In this document: piece by piece, positions 1 to 15,062 of the stretch
Numbering within the stretch: position 1 is the first letter of the stretch
How the letters are laid out: each line of letters opens with the position of its first letter
Assembly (NCBI GenBank): GCA_964016885.1
Contig: OZ024747.1
Location: 58,032,001-58,096,000 of the forward strand
Direction of reading: 5' to 3'
DNA from: Eledone cirrhosa
Taxonomy: Eukaryota
DNA: 64,000 bases
The notes under the pieces: model-generated
Databases searched by the model: none
What the model was told of the DNA's origin: nothing
Seen by the model: the letters and a program-made list of their open reading frames with translations, nothing else
Made by a program: the position numbers and the translations under genes

Positions 1-13
1 ACACACACACACA

Positions 14-66
<53 letters not shown>

Positions 67-1552
67 ATACGCACAATAATAACGATAATTCAATAAAAAG
101 GAATATTGCAAATTGAGTAAACGGGGGCTATAAATCACCATGAAATGAGTTACATTAAATATCTATAAATTTGACAACATCACTAAGGTTACTTAGCATA
201 TTGAGAGATCGAGTGAAAAATTTTAATATTATGGACAAACTAAATTCATTTACAAAGCAATTCTAAGCTTAGCATTAATGTCTCTCGATAGAATATGTTG
301 CTTATGGTAATTCCTGACTTAATGCAATGTTACACTACAATTTTATTTTCTTCCTTCCAGTAAGTATCTGCAGGGTATTTGCATTGGAATATAGCTGCAT
401 AATTCCATATCGTTTGTACAGAGGCTCTAGAAAATAATTGCACTGGCTTACGCACACATGGTTTTATACCGGCGCGAGAAATATTATCACGCCATCCAAG
501 ACAGTTATGGCATTATTGAAAATCGTAAAGAAAGAACCTTAACTTTGGTGTTTCACTTTGTTACTTCATCCACCCTGTCTTCGTTAATCCATTAAACAAT
601 TTATTTACTGAATTCACAATATGGTGAATTTGCAGTGATATGGCAAAATGGGGAAGTGTATCGGATAGAATGTATGTTGTTCTGAGTTCTCACTCTCTGC
701 TCTTCTGTTTTATGTCCTTTTGATTTTTATGAATTAAGGGTCGATGAAATGGTGTCATAGTGTTATCTTTTTTCGACAGATTGTTGCCTGTGTTTCTAAA
801 CCTCCTAGAGATCCAAATCCCTACGATGGCCCAAACTACTGTTCTTGAGCACTGGATCAGATTTTTTATAATGTTTGCGATAAATGATCGTCCGATACAG
901 CAGTCGAACGATGACAAGGATAATAATGATAACGACGATAATTATCGATAATTAGAGAAAAAAGGAGAGGGTAAACAGTTGGATAGCGTATTGTAGCATT
1001 GTCCCACGAATAACACGATAAAAGTGTTGCTGTCAATAAGAATTTTTCAGTCTCCGGCCACAGGCTCATTAAAACAACGATAAAATAATCTCATTATAAT
1101 GAAATTCATTAAAACGAACGAAAATTGAACGCAAAGCAGCCAAAATTCCTCGCTCCAACGAAGAAAATTTTTTTTCCACACGCTCCTTCTTGCAACGATG
1201 TGTGCTAGTGTGTATTTTGTGTGAGTGTTGTGTATTTATTTTTATATATTCATACATATAAATGTATACATAGTCATATACACGTACACACACAATTGAA
1301 ATGAATTATCGAAATTAAGAATTTTACAGAAAGTTGCGACAAGTCTTAAAGGCAGCAGTCACAACATGTATTATATAACACTGTGTGTTCTCAAACACTA
1401 TTTATTAGTTTCCCGGATCCCGGGTAGAGTTGTCTCCCTTCAGGGTTGGGTTTATCGACTACGAAACTTATTCGAAAATTATTTAAAGGAGCATTTCTGA
1501 AAGGCATACTCACATACATCAATAGATACATGTATATATATATATATATATA

Positions 1553-1734
1553 TAACAAAAAAGGGTGTGGTAAGAAGATACCAGGTGGTCCATGACACAT
1601 CAGGGTGCTCGGTTCTTGGGGTAGAGGAAAAGATTCAGGATTCCGACGGCTGAGCTCCGACCGTATCGACAGCTTGATCCGACCTCTCCCAGGAGTCAGT
1701 TCGGATCTAGCCGTCGGAGTCCTGAATCTTTTCA
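1553..1734 (-). mobile_element. Diverged GACGGCT-family fold-back element
   Basis: Tail tgtggtaag...ccaggtggtccatgac, with hairpin arms at 1628-1651 and 1709-1732. Confidence 0.65.
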
Positions 1735-1790
1735 TATCTATATCTATATCTTTCTATCTATCTGTCTATATATATATATTATATATATAT

Positions 1791-1872
1791 ATTATGAATT
1801 TCCATGATATCCTTCAAAAACTTATATATATATATATATAAGTTTTTGAAAGATATCATGGAAATTCATAAT
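1791..1872. repeat. Short inverted repeat around (TA)n
   Basis: attatgaatt...ttcaaaaactt versus aagtttttgaa...aattcataat. Confidence 0.88.
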
Positions 1873-1919
1873 ATGACAGAAAACAAACGAAGGTAACATA
1901 TTTGAACATATTTGAAATA

Positions 1920-3152
1920 CAGTTGTCCCCCGTTATTCGCGGGGTATACGATCCTAGAACACCCGCGAAGATGGAAAAATCGAGAATATCGGACATCTAT
2001 ATATATAAAAAATGAGGATCTCTGTCTGTGTGTGTGTGTCTGCGTGTGTGTTGAGTTTGAATCGCTAAAGCTCTAGAAGCACCCAACCGATTATTTTCAA
2101 ACTTTACACATCTAATATTTATGTTTCAGGGTGTGTTCTGAGCCCCCCAAAAATTCAAATTTGTTATGCCCTAGAGACCGCATTAGGTGATTTTGCGATC
2201 TCTCTATAATTCTTAGTCTTTCTATTTTTAGATAGATACACATACATATAACCTCGCGCCCTTATAATATCTGACTGTATGTCTAACTGTCTGCATTACG
2301 TCCCTTCCCTGAGAATATCTGACTGTGTGTCTGTTTGTGAGTTTGAATCCCTAAAACTCGAGAAGTACGCAACAGATTTTTTGAAACTTTACATGTGTAT
2401 TACTTATGTTTTAGGGGGTGTTACTCACATACAACATTCAACTTTTGATCCCCTAGGGCCCGCATTAGGTGAAAAGCTGCTTTTTTTCAGGGGTTTTTTT
2501 TTGGGGGGGGGGGGTTGAGGCGTTACGTCAGACTGATTTCCTTGAAATTGTAACTATGTATTAGTCGGTCTCTTCTTCATACCGTGAGCAAAGAAAATCC
2601 AACTTTTTTTAAGGCCTAGGGACCGCATTAGGTGAAAAACCTCATTTTTCCAGTTTTTTAGGGCTTTTTTGAGGCGTTACTTCTAGCCGATTTTTCCGAA
2701 ATTTCAAGGCATTTTATCCACATAAAAAAAATTCATTTTCTTGATCCTGCTTTTTTCCTGCTTCATCGAGGAAAATCTTAAAGAGTAGCCAGCCATCAGA
2801 GTATTCGGTTTATTTTCTTTACATATTGTGCAGGCATGCAGTTTTTCCCCGATTAGGTCTGTTGGCGGTCCGCGATCGAAAATACCTTATCGCGTGCAAC
2901 GTCAGGTACTGCTAGTGTTCTATAAAAATGCATATAAACGTCAAAACATAACGTAAAATATACGCCGGAAAATACGGTATACTGTTATTAATAATTTAGC
3001 GTTAATAAGCGATTAAAAAAAATATATTGCCATGAAAAATGTCATAGAAGAAACGCGGGACATATTTACGATTCCGCGAATATGCGGTTTTTTCCACAAA
3101 CAATTATTAGTTAAGTTCTGAGAAAAATTCTGGGAATACTGGGGTTACACTG
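1920..3152. mobile_element. Tigger/pogo-like MITE interrupted by the Helitron
   Basis: TA|CAGTTGTCCCCCGTTATTCGCGG left end and decayed right end GAATACTGGGGTTACACTG, with internal ccgcgaa repeats. Confidence 0.55.
1996..2915 (+). mobile_element. Non-autonomous Helitron-like element
   Basis: A|TCTATATATATAAAA start and GC-rich subterminal segment ending ...GGTACTGCTAG|T, an AT target with no TSD. Internal repeats ccgcattaggtga x3. Confidence 0.75.
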
Positions 3153-4673
3153 CATAAATATATTTTTTTTATTGCATGATGCATTCATATTGCAGGTATG
3201 TTTTCATTCATTTAGTGTTTAATTTTTAAATACGCGATAATAACAAACATAACTTAATTTGTTTCGGTCGATCTCATTATAACGAATTTTTCGTTACAAC
3301 GAATTTTTTTATAACTCGTGAATTTCGTTATAACGGAATTTTGCATACAGTTTTCCCAAAAGGTATGTAAGGACGCTTTGATACTTGATTCTAATTCCCA
3401 GTCGGAAATTACTGGAGATAATCATTTTAGTTTTAAACGGACAACTGAAGCTTCGGTTGTCAGTCGGACTTAGTATTCAATAATCGCAAAGAATACTTGC
3501 TGTTCTGGTGATAAATAAAAAAAGAAACTTTTATTAGGAAATAATAATCCAAATGTGATCAATAGTATCAATTACCACAATCTATCATTTAACTGAATGA
3601 GAGTAGCTTGCAAGATGAGAGATATTTTATTCTGAATATCTCAGTTATGAATAATATATAGAACGAAATAACCATAGGTTTCCAGATACCTACAAATCAC
3701 TAACGGATCGATATGGCTTATGATCCTAACATACTTTCCTTAACAACCAACCAAATATTTCATCCGCAAGAAATATTTCCTCATACATTTATGCTGGGAA
3801 TACAATAAAGATATTAAGAAGATATTTTCCGTTCTTGATTTCTCATTCATTAAATGAGAAATATTGTTTATATAAAGTTCAATTTATGTTTCTTGCAAAA
3901 ATAACTTTCTGTTGTAGAATTAATATTAATAAAATCCTAATTAAATTCTAGTGGATATAAATCTACACGTTAGTAAAAGGCTAAATTTGCATATAATGGC
4001 TTCTAGTAAATTAATCAAACGGAAAATGCCAAAAGACATGACAATTTTCAGGACATTTATAATTAATTGAGGAGAAAAAATAAGTACCTTATCTTCAGAA
4101 AGAAGGCAACGTCAGAATGCTAACAGAATACACGCTACTAAAGGCAAACATTTCCAGACTGTGCGGTTATGTAAAGGAAAAATTGAAGTCCATCAGAGGT
4201 TTTGTCATTGTACGCATAAGAAATACAAATAGATTCTCAAATTTGCTTAATATGTTGGGAAAAGACTCAGTAATATATATCCTTCAAGCAAAGGTCAAGG
4301 CCACCTAATTAGAAGAAGGCTATCCAAGCAGATTTGTAGTAATAGTTAACGCAATCGTCTGCTAAGAGAAACCAGCGTGATTGGATCCCTACAGAGTTTT
4401 CTGACAAAGATATTCCCGTCAATAGGTGGGTTTTACCCGAATGTTTCGATTGTTTAATAGTTTCGATTGTTTAATAGTTCATATATACTGTATAGAATTA
4501 CGTTAAACAGCAAACAGATTTTAAAATTTTGGAAGACAACTTAAAAAGAAAAATATGTGCGTGTGTGCATCCATATGTAATGTTTTGCTATTTATCTGCA
4601 TATATATATCATCGGAAATAGCTGGTAAAGCGGCAGGAGCTCGACTATCGGTGTCCCGAATCCTTCATATATG

Positions 4674-4729
<56 letters not shown>

Positions 4730-4770
4730 ATATGTCAGTGTTTGTGTGTGTGTCCGTATGTATATACGCA

Positions 4771-4872
<102 letters not shown>

Positions 4873-5595
4873 CTATGCGAATAATTCATTTACGCAGATT
4901 CACAGGCAAGTTCAATCAATTCTGAAGAAGTTGCAATCTTACATTGATGATTACTTCCTGCTTAGATGTCTCGACAAAATGACAAATTGTTTATGTGAAT
5001 CGAAGAAGACACAAATAGTTGCTAATTCCGAGTTAATGATAACATATCATCATGGCAATCACGTGAAGAAATGACTGTACCATGTTTACAGTAATCTTTT
5101 AGGAACAGCTCATCAGTCTCTGTAATCTAGTTTAATAACAAAGAAAACATTTGTTACTCTATTGACAGTCTCCAATCATTTCAATGAGAATATGTTGTTC
5201 AGTAGCCCATAAACATGCACACATAATCATATGTACACACATGCGCGCATAAGCATATGTATACACACACACATTCATATACACGTATGTATATACGAAT
5301 GATTAGACAAGAAATACATATAATACAGACGCGTTAGCAAAGTTTGTTATTGATTGAATAGTAATATATAGAATAAAAATATAGATTTTTACCCTTTAAT
5401 ACATGCGTAATATAATTACAATAGACTGTCGCAAACTGATGTGGTATTGGTTACACAGCTCCAGAGATATAAAGAATGTGTGATCGACTGAAAATATAGA
5501 TTTATATATTATCTTGTACTACTAATCAAAATACTATTCTACTCTTAACAGAATGTTGTGAAATTCTATCTAAAGGCATTATTTTGCATAGAGGA

Positions 5596-5703
<108 letters not shown>

Positions 5704-5755
5704 CAATGATATTAATACATGGAAACTATATTTATAAATTTATAAAACCATATTT

Positions 5756-5814
5756 ATTCTATTATATATATTTCAAGGGTGCAAAAACTTTGGTACTCTT
5801 TCATCAGATAAAAT
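5756..5814 (-). ncRNA. Minimal type I hammerhead ribozyme (PLE-type)
   Basis: AUUUUAU-CUGAUGA-AAGAGUACCAAAGUUUUUGCACCCUU-GAAA-UAUAUA-UA-AUAGAAU. Confidence 0.75.
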
Positions 5815-5845
5815 ACATAAAATACAAATTAAATACCCTTTGCTT

Positions 5846-5914
<69 letters not shown>

Positions 5915-5921
<7 letters not shown>

Positions 5922-6212
5922 AAAAAGGGATGAAATCGAAAATGCAACTGAAGTCTTATTTTTTTAAAAAATATATATATTTATTTGGTTCCTTTACCGG
6001 TTTCGCAGTTCTTCTGCTTTTCAAAAGGTGAGTTGAGATGGAGGGTCTGTGGTTTTTCTCACATGTGAGAAAAACCACAGACACTCCATCTCAACTCACC
6101 TTTTGAAAAGCAGAAGAACTGCGAAACCGGTAAAGGAACCAAATAAATATATATATTTTTAAAAAAAATAAGACTTCAGTTGCATTTTCGATTTCATCCC
6201 TTTTTCTTTATA
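5915..6212. repeat. Near-perfect 298-bp palindrome with HHR 3' halves
   Basis: Arms meet at ACATGT (6061-6066); one mismatch seen. Each arm carries GCGAAACCGGTA. Confidence 0.95.
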
Positions 6213-6267
6213 CTTCCACTCGTGTAGGACACCTCGGTTATTTTTCATTTTGTAAAAAAAACCTCAC

Positions 6268-6361
<94 letters not shown>

Positions 6362-6457
6362 TAAAATATGTGTTAGTTAATCACCGACAATCCCGCGTGC
6401 AGGATAGAGAACTGAACGAAGTATACAAGTAGGTCCGTTTACTCCTGAAGATAGTTA

Positions 6458-6809
6458 TAATTGTTTCTTCTTTTGGCACAAGGCCAGCAATTATCCCAGT
6501 ACATTACTGGTACTTTATTTTATCGACCCCGTAAGGATGAAAAGCAAAGTTAACCTCGGCGGGATTTGAACTAAATCGTAAAGGGACGTAACTGTGCTGG
6601 AACCCCTACCCGACCTTCTACCGATACTGCCAATTTACCTATAATAAATTATAATTGTTTCTTCTTTAGGCACAAGGCCACCAATTAACCAGTACATTAC
6701 TGGTACTTTATTTTATCGACCCTGTAAGGATGAAAGGCAAAGTTAACCTCGGCGGGATTTGAACTCAGACTGTAAAGGAACGTAACTATGCTAGAAAGCA
6801 TGGCGTCCA
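6458..6809 (-). mobile_element. Two tandem SINE copies, major family
   Basis: Copies at 6458-6634 and 6652-6809, both reverse complements of the 43605 copy. Confidence 0.85.
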
Positions 6810-6956
6810 AAGTGTAAGTCAGCAGGTTGAAAGTTACTTCATTTATTCAAATATGAAAGCGATTACAAATATATGAAGTAAATTCTAACCTGTTGAGTTG
6901 TCTTTCATTATACACACACACACACACATACATGTGTGTGTTTGTGTGTGTGTGTA

Positions 6957-7033
6957 TAGGGTGTCCCAAAATATGTATACACACTTGAACAGCATTCTAA
7001 AACAAATGTGTATACCTTTTTTGAGACACGCTG
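6957..7033. mobile_element. Tiny Tc1/mariner-type MITE
   Basis: TA|tAGGGTGTCCCAAAA ... TTTTGAGACACGCTG|TA. Confidence 0.7.
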
Positions 7034-7085
7034 TATATATTCATATATGCATATATGTATGTATGCATGTATGTATGTATGTATG

Positions 7086-7470
7086 TCAGGTCACCAGTTG
7101 GTGCTACTGGTAACATGTATCCCATTACAACCTGTCTCATGGTCGGCTCGTTGGCGACTAAACTGGCAACCCCACCAAGGTTTCTTGGTGAGGAGGGAGA
7201 CTTTGGACATCCTGCAGGTCTAAAAACAAAACCTGTCAAAGGGAAAAGGAGCTCTTAAGAGTCAATGGCCATCCAAAATCACCGGGAGAGATGACCCTTT
7301 AGCCTTTGTCAAGGCATAATTCTAGGAGAAGGAAAACTCTGATATAACACCTGCAACCCTGATGGTATCCAATGATGTTGACTTGTTCTTCTTTTTGGTA
7401 AATATCATCTTGGTTAAGAGAGTGGGACTGGCTATGTGCAGTGGCTTTGCTCACTATAAAAGCTTCACGG
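7086..7470 (+). mobile_element. RTE-like 5' UTR / non-autonomous retroelement fragment
   Basis: ctaggagaaggaaaactctgat motif. A diverged reverse-complement copy lies at about 29220-29420 and a similar GC-rich fragment at about 35680-35880. Confidence 0.5.
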
Positions 7471-8449
7471 CACAGGCATTGCTTTATATCTGGAGATCTC
7501 TCTGCACTTGCTGCAACATGGTACCTTGGGCCCAGCACTATGTGTCTATAATTGTCACAAGTGTAGTGTTTGTACCAGAGTTTTCAAGTCGCTGGCTGGT
7601 CTAAAAAGTCACACTCGTTCAGCGCATCGGTAGGGGTTCTCCTACATGGATATAAAGTAGTGGCCGTACTGGAAAACGAGTTGGCAGCCACCACGTGTGT
7701 ATGAATGTATGCATGAGTGAGAGGGAGAGTGGGAGAAGTTGATTTATAAATATATATCATCGTTCGTAGATAGACACGTACATTGGGTTTGTAATGTATG
7801 CGTGTATGCATTTGTTTGCATATGCGCATGAATAGTAGTATGAAATACATAACGCTGTATATAAGAAAATGCATAAATATGGACCTGTGACTGTAGAAAT
7901 TAATGATGAGGAAAGAAAGTTCTGAATGTCGAAATAACGATTTTCAGGCGATTGGACACATTTTTTCTCTTCTTTGTCGCTTTCTAATGCCTAATCTGCC
8001 ATGCATTGATTGGCCTTAAATATTTGACACTTTCATTTTTTTCTGTTTTCCTTCCTTTTTCAATTGATTTTATACTTGACTCACTAGCCCTTTCTGATTA
8101 CCCACTGTAAAGAGTACTCGATATATACCTTAGTATGCCATGGCTTACTAACTCTATACGGACGTTTAAGTTGATTACAGAAATAAATATATACAGGCCG
8201 ACCACTGGTATTGGTAAATCAGTGATCCCAATAGCAATAATTTGACTTTTTCGTTACAGGGAAGGAGTTGATATACCGAATGAGGCATAATTTTTGCAGT
8301 ATTGATAAGTTGCTTAGGAAGGAGAAATCTGCAATAAATGAATTATGCAGCTTTTGAAGCAACAGTGCTCAACTCATCGATAAGATCGAGCATAATTTTA
8401 TGAACTTTATAAGTTTACTATACCACAAGGCTACACCACTCACAGGAAT

Positions 8450-8514
<65 letters not shown>

Positions 8515-8610
8515 GAAATACCGAGGATGGTTGTAAGATCACTGATGAAGGACCAACTTTATTCATATGTAACCCATTTGCAACCACGCAGCACGTTTAT
8601 TCTCATATTT

Positions 8611-8668
<58 letters not shown>

Positions 8669-9778
8669 ATGTGAATAAAGACCTTATTTATAGCAAACCA
8701 TGTCACTCTTCTTTCTTGATATATATATAAATTATATATATATATATATATAAACACACAGAGACAAAAGTACATGCACATAAAATGCATATACATATAT
8801 CAACCTACACGCATTAACAGATTCACACACATATATATGTGTGTGCGTTTAATAATTCCGTATTCTTTCGTAAATTTGCTATATCTTTAGGGGTTGCGAT
8901 AAAATTATCCTCGGGGTGTGCATTTATCTATTTAAATTCAGCAAAGTGGTTTTCTCTATGTATATTGCCGAAAATAACTTTCTGTATATATATATATATA
9001 GTCAGAGGGAGGGAGAGAAAAACAGAGAGGTGAGGTGGGGGGTGTTGGGGTACGTACATATGTATTCATATTCTAGCCGGTCTTTTCTTTACCAGAGTGA
9101 GAATTAACGTCGATGTATTTTGTGTATTTTTCATATTCTTATCTTGTAGCGACGACATAATTGGTTATTATCATATCTTTGCACCTTACCATATTAAGTT
9201 TTATAGCTTCTTTCGAGATGTTTTCCTCTGTCATTTAGCCAATACACCGTGAAAACTGCATGCTTGCTTTATACTTCAGCCATAACTACTGAATATCGGT
9301 GGAAGGGGGCGGAATATTTAATTCATTTTTCATAGCAGTATATATATAATCATATTTTTAGCAAATTCCATCATGATATATGTCAAATTTTATTGCGCGT
9401 ATCATCGGTAAACAGAATTGTGTATTACACACAAACTTATATATATGTATGTTTATATGTATATATATATGTAATTTTTTAATATTATTATTATGTTTAT
9501 TTATTATTTTTTAATTGTTTTATCTCAATTTATTAACCTTTTAATTTTATAATTTCCCAATCTCAGATTTCTCCAGAATTCTTTTTTCCCCTGTATTCTA
9601 GCTAACACACTCCTTAGAATTTGTTGTATAGAATTCCCTTTCAACGCTTGACCGGCTCCTCCACTCCCTCATTGTTCCACAGGAAAGTTCAGCCACCCAC
9701 CGCAATGAAAGATTTAATTGTGTTTACAAGAAATTTAACCAATCCTTTTGACAACTACAATCTTCCCATATAAGGAAT

Positions 9779-9942
9779 TACCCCTTAAAAAGTTCGGCTA
9801 TTTATTACCACGCTAAAAATTCCATTGAAACGGCTTGAGCTCTGCCGTTGGGATCTTGAACACTTTCCTATTACCCACTCTAAGTATTGAGTACTCTGTT
9901 GCGTTATAGTTCATCTGGTTCCTTACCACACTTCGTTCGTTA
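9779..9942 (+). mobile_element. Non-palindromic, older member of the GACGGCT family
   Basis: GAAACGGCTTGAGCTCTGCCGTTGGGATC plus the same tail. Upstream TACCCC-TTAAAAA-GTTCGGCTA may be a decayed stem I, core and stem II. Confidence 0.65.
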
Positions 9943-10571
9943 TATATATATATATATATATGGATTGAGAGGAACAAGGCTGTATGGTTACTGATAACGA
10001 GTGTTAGAAAGTAAAGAGACACAAACAAGAGATAGACATATAACTATTGATGCGTATTAAACTGAAGTGAAGGCACCTGACGTAACGGTTTGGGTGTTCG
10101 GTTGCCGGATTAGACAGCCTGTTGTATCCTCCTTGGGCAAGAATTTTTATTTCATGTTGCTGCACAAAATTCAGTTGAAGAAACAGAGTTATAATGACAC
10201 TGGAGGCAAGTCGTATCATCTTTTGCTTTTCTTCTGGAAGGACGCAATGACGGAGACAGAGAGAAAACTGACATCCACGTGTCATAGAGAGTAAACCTTT
10301 AGGTGAAAATCAATAGAATACCATGATCTTGAGTGGGGAAGGGTATCAATAGTGGTTCAGAATGGTGGTTCAATTTAAAAATTGTTAATATATTTAATAT
10401 TCGATTCAATGTTATTTATTTGCAAGTATGTCGAAATTGTTGTATCCATAATATTATCTGTTAAAAATGCCACCCCCTCTTGGTATTTCAGAGCCAAATA
10501 TACATTGAGCAGTTCTCGTGCAGCGTGTCGATATTATATATGTATATATGAATATAAATTAATTTGTATAC

Positions 10572-10912
<341 letters not shown>

Positions 10913-11069
10913 CGTGTGTGTGCGTATATATATATATATATACATATTCATTAGTTAAGCAAAACAAGACCACACATTTCACAAGGAAGACATTATTAAA
11001 AGATTGTCAACAAATTTTAGTTTGATGTAAGGAATGTAGAGAATAATAATAATAATATTAATAATAATA

Positions 11070-11150
11070 ATGTCTATTTACAATTGTTTCGCTACTCCAT
11101 ATAATATTTCTGGATCAGATGACTATATATCATTATTGATCTCGTTCAGT
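11070..11150 (-). ncRNA. Degenerate hammerhead remnant in the 3' region of the 12172 PLE
   Basis: GAAA-CAAUUG-UA palindromic stem III at 11090-11079. Upstream core is imperfect (CUGAACGA) and stem I is not clear. Confidence 0.4.
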
Positions 11151-11559
11151 TGAAAATAATTAACATATTTAAAAACAGAGCGGCTCCTCGGATCTTCAAA
11201 GGAATATAAATTAAAATAAGGAGAGAATGTTACATAATGTAATGTTCCATATATTGGTATTTCACTATGGTGTCCTGGTTGTATCGGTTGTCAGCCATAA
11301 TCAAGCAGTATCCATCTGTCGAGGCTGCATTGTGTGAGATCTGCCTATGGGTAACAAGATGGCTGCCAAAGGACATATTTACCTTACTAATTAGAGGGTG
11401 GTTTCAGGGGAAGTAACTCCTCGAGAGATTAGAAATTGTGGGTAGTTTATAGTTAAGAGACAATGTAGGGGAGGTAACTTATAATTATCTAAGTTAGTTA
11501 TAGCTATTTAACTTATTAGCTACAAATATAAATGGGGCTAGATGACTATGTTGGGTCAA

Positions 11560-12172
11560 ATATTCTATTGGCGAAGGAATTAGCCCTTCGATGTTGACAG
11601 CTAATAGTTACCTCCGTTCTATCCTTAATCGGTAGAGGTCATAATAGAGTTATGTAATATGCTTCGCTAATACAGAGATCACAAGATTTTCTTCGTCCAT
11701 TGAACGGTTGGGCCCGAGCCATGATATCCCATTTTAGTGAGTGTTCAATGTTGCTTAATTTAAGGTTTTTAATGAGCCTAGCTAGAGATGTAGAACATCT
11801 GTTGCTAGGCTCTCGGAAGGAAAAAGAGTGCGCGTTATAGCGTACCTTAAAAGGGTTAGAGGTAGACCCGATATAAGAGCTGGTATTCGAAGCAGTTTTA
11901 ACCGTGCACCTATATACTATGTTGGGTGTCAGGCAGTGTCCATTTAATGGGCATGCATTAGGGTAACGGTAGTTGCAGTTGCTTCTGCGGTTAGTGAGAT
12001 TAGGGTAGTTTAACGTAAGCGGTTGGTCAGTGCTAGAAGGATTAGATGGGGGAAGTGTGCTACTAGAGTAATTATTGGTGTAGTGGCGTGGTGTATTTGA
12101 TAGGTGTGGTGGTACCGCGGTGTGGGAGTTATACTGTCTTAGTTTATGATGGTTATTGAATGCGATATGGCT
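11560..12172 (-). pseudogene. Penelope-like element (Naiad-like) linker + GIY-YIG endonuclease, 5'-truncated
   Basis: Manual translation of 12172-11639, open with no start codon at its 5' end: SHIAFNNHHKL...NCNYRYPNACPLNGHCLTPNIVYRCTVKTASNTSSYIGSTSNPFKVRYNAHSFSF...WDIMARAQPFNGRRKSCDLCISEAYYI. After a frameshift: DRTEVTISCQHRR. Confidence 0.9.
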
Positions 12173-12191
12173 ATATATATATATATATATA

Positions 12192-12430
<239 letters not shown>

Positions 12431-12930
12431 GTATTTAAATGTGTGAGACATACCTATATCAAATCATCTTTATACATATACACATACATAATATACTTTG
12501 CTGAATAGACACAAATATATTCCTGCATACTTATTTAAAGAAAAGAACAACACAAGGGTTTTGTTCTACGAAAGGTAAAGACAGAAGGAGAAAATAACGC
12601 ACAACAATGACAGATAATAATGCATAGCAGATTGTTTGATATGTATAGATTAATATGTCAATCACAGTTACCAGAATAACAAGGAAGTCAGAGAGAAAGG
12701 ATATATAATAGTAAAAAACAAAACAAAGCATGGAAATATATAAAGAAAAATGGTGTGCATGATCCTACAGTTCTGAAAACATAGACTGACGTCATAGGTA
12801 TAAAGAAAAATATATAGAGAGCCAGGTTTTAATAGTGTTGTAGTGGTTGTGTTGGAATGAAACACATATCCTTTCACCTTGTATAATGCATTATAATATA
12901 CGACATATATATATATTTAAGCAGATACAC

Positions 12931-13023
<93 letters not shown>

Positions 13024-13220
13024 GAGTGAGAGAAGGAGGGAGGTAAAATCTCGACCACGGTAGAATTTGGCGTATCTCTATGTCCAATCTGAATCTCCCG
13101 ATGCATTCAGAACTCCCATGAATAGTTGTCTACATAATCTCAGCACCACAGACACTCTCCCTCTCCCTTTCTCCCTTTTTTTACAGTCTCTGTCTCTCTC
13201 CACATCTCTCTCTATCTGCT

Positions 13221-13286
<66 letters not shown>

Positions 13287-13344
13287 CAGATATATATATA
13301 TATATATTTAATATAAATAATATATATTTATATATATATATATA

Positions 13345-13402
<58 letters not shown>

Positions 13403-13648
13403 TGCATGCCTATATATATAATTTATATGCATATACACATACATACATGTGTGAGGTGTGTGTGTTAATCAGGCTGGAGTCGTTCTGTAAAGCGATACAT
13501 ATTCAGAGAATGATGATCATACTGTGAAGTAGTAGTAGTGGTGGTGGTAGTGGTTTTGACGGTGGTTATAGTAGTAGTAGTAGTAGTAGCAGAAGCAGCA
13601 ACTTCATGATCATCAGCAGTATCAGCAGCAGCAGCAGTATTGGCGGCA

Positions 13649-13681
<33 letters not shown>

Positions 13682-14716
13682 GTAATAGTAGTAGTAGTAG
13701 TAGCAGCAACAGCAGTAATGGCGGCAGTGGTCGTGGTGGTAGTAATGTGTAGATGCAGAATGTTTATGCCAACTTGACACGTTCCATTATGTCAACGGGC
13801 TGTTATTGAATTATATCTACAGGTAATGAAAATATCTTGGAAATGAGCTACTTGTAGAATATTGAAATTCTGGTGAAATTACTTTTCTGCTCATTTTGTC
13901 ATTGCGATGAATCTTTATTAATATATTTCTTGTAGCTGAGCAGAAACTGCTTTTATACGCGTTGTATTATTCTTCTTCAGTACTTTAATTCCATTGACTA
14001 AGAAAACACAATAAAGTAGAAGAGTGCACAAGAAAGTAGAAGAGTGCACAGAATTGCAATATGTGTGTTCTTCGTGTGAAATGATATTTAACAAAAACAA
14101 CAAACATAAATTCAAAACAAAAGAAAATCCCCCAAAAATGCGTGGAAATTTCCTATGTTCATCCATGGAGAAAGCCTAGAAAAATCCAAGCGCACCCTGA
14201 CCGTTAGAGCAAGTGACCCTACCAGTTTCCCACCTCCAATCTACAAGCGTACACTCAGAGCAGGTCTATTCGCTGGGGCTAGGCTCGCTACTCGCACTCC
14301 CCTTTCAACAAAATCGTTGGAAGTTAGGACTTCTCTCTTCACCCTGATTCACCTCTTTAAGTAAAACCCTAAAAAGCGAATTAGGGCTCCGCCAAAGAAG
14401 AAAGTGTTTATCTTCAACCCGTTCAAACGTGTTCACGGCACCCTTTCTGCGAACATCAAGCGGAACAACACAATCAGTAGCAGCAAGTAAATTATGTATT
14501 TACAGTGGAGTATATTCTGAATTAAGTTATGTAGATTTATTGAGATTTATATATGCATGTGCCCGCTTTTAGCTATAACTACGTACAGTCATGCCCATGC
14601 TTGTGAATAAGATATATACGGAAATACAAACATATATATTAGACAAATTACAGAACTAAAGAAAGGCAGATAAAACAATATCTGCATGTCTCTTTTTATT
14701 CATAAATTAAAGCACA

Positions 14717-15062
<346 letters not shown>

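Noticed and set aside
8542-8560. Isolated CTGATGA motifs (also about 28522, 28555 and 34080)
   Set aside because: No suitably placed stem II, GAAA, stem III or stem I.
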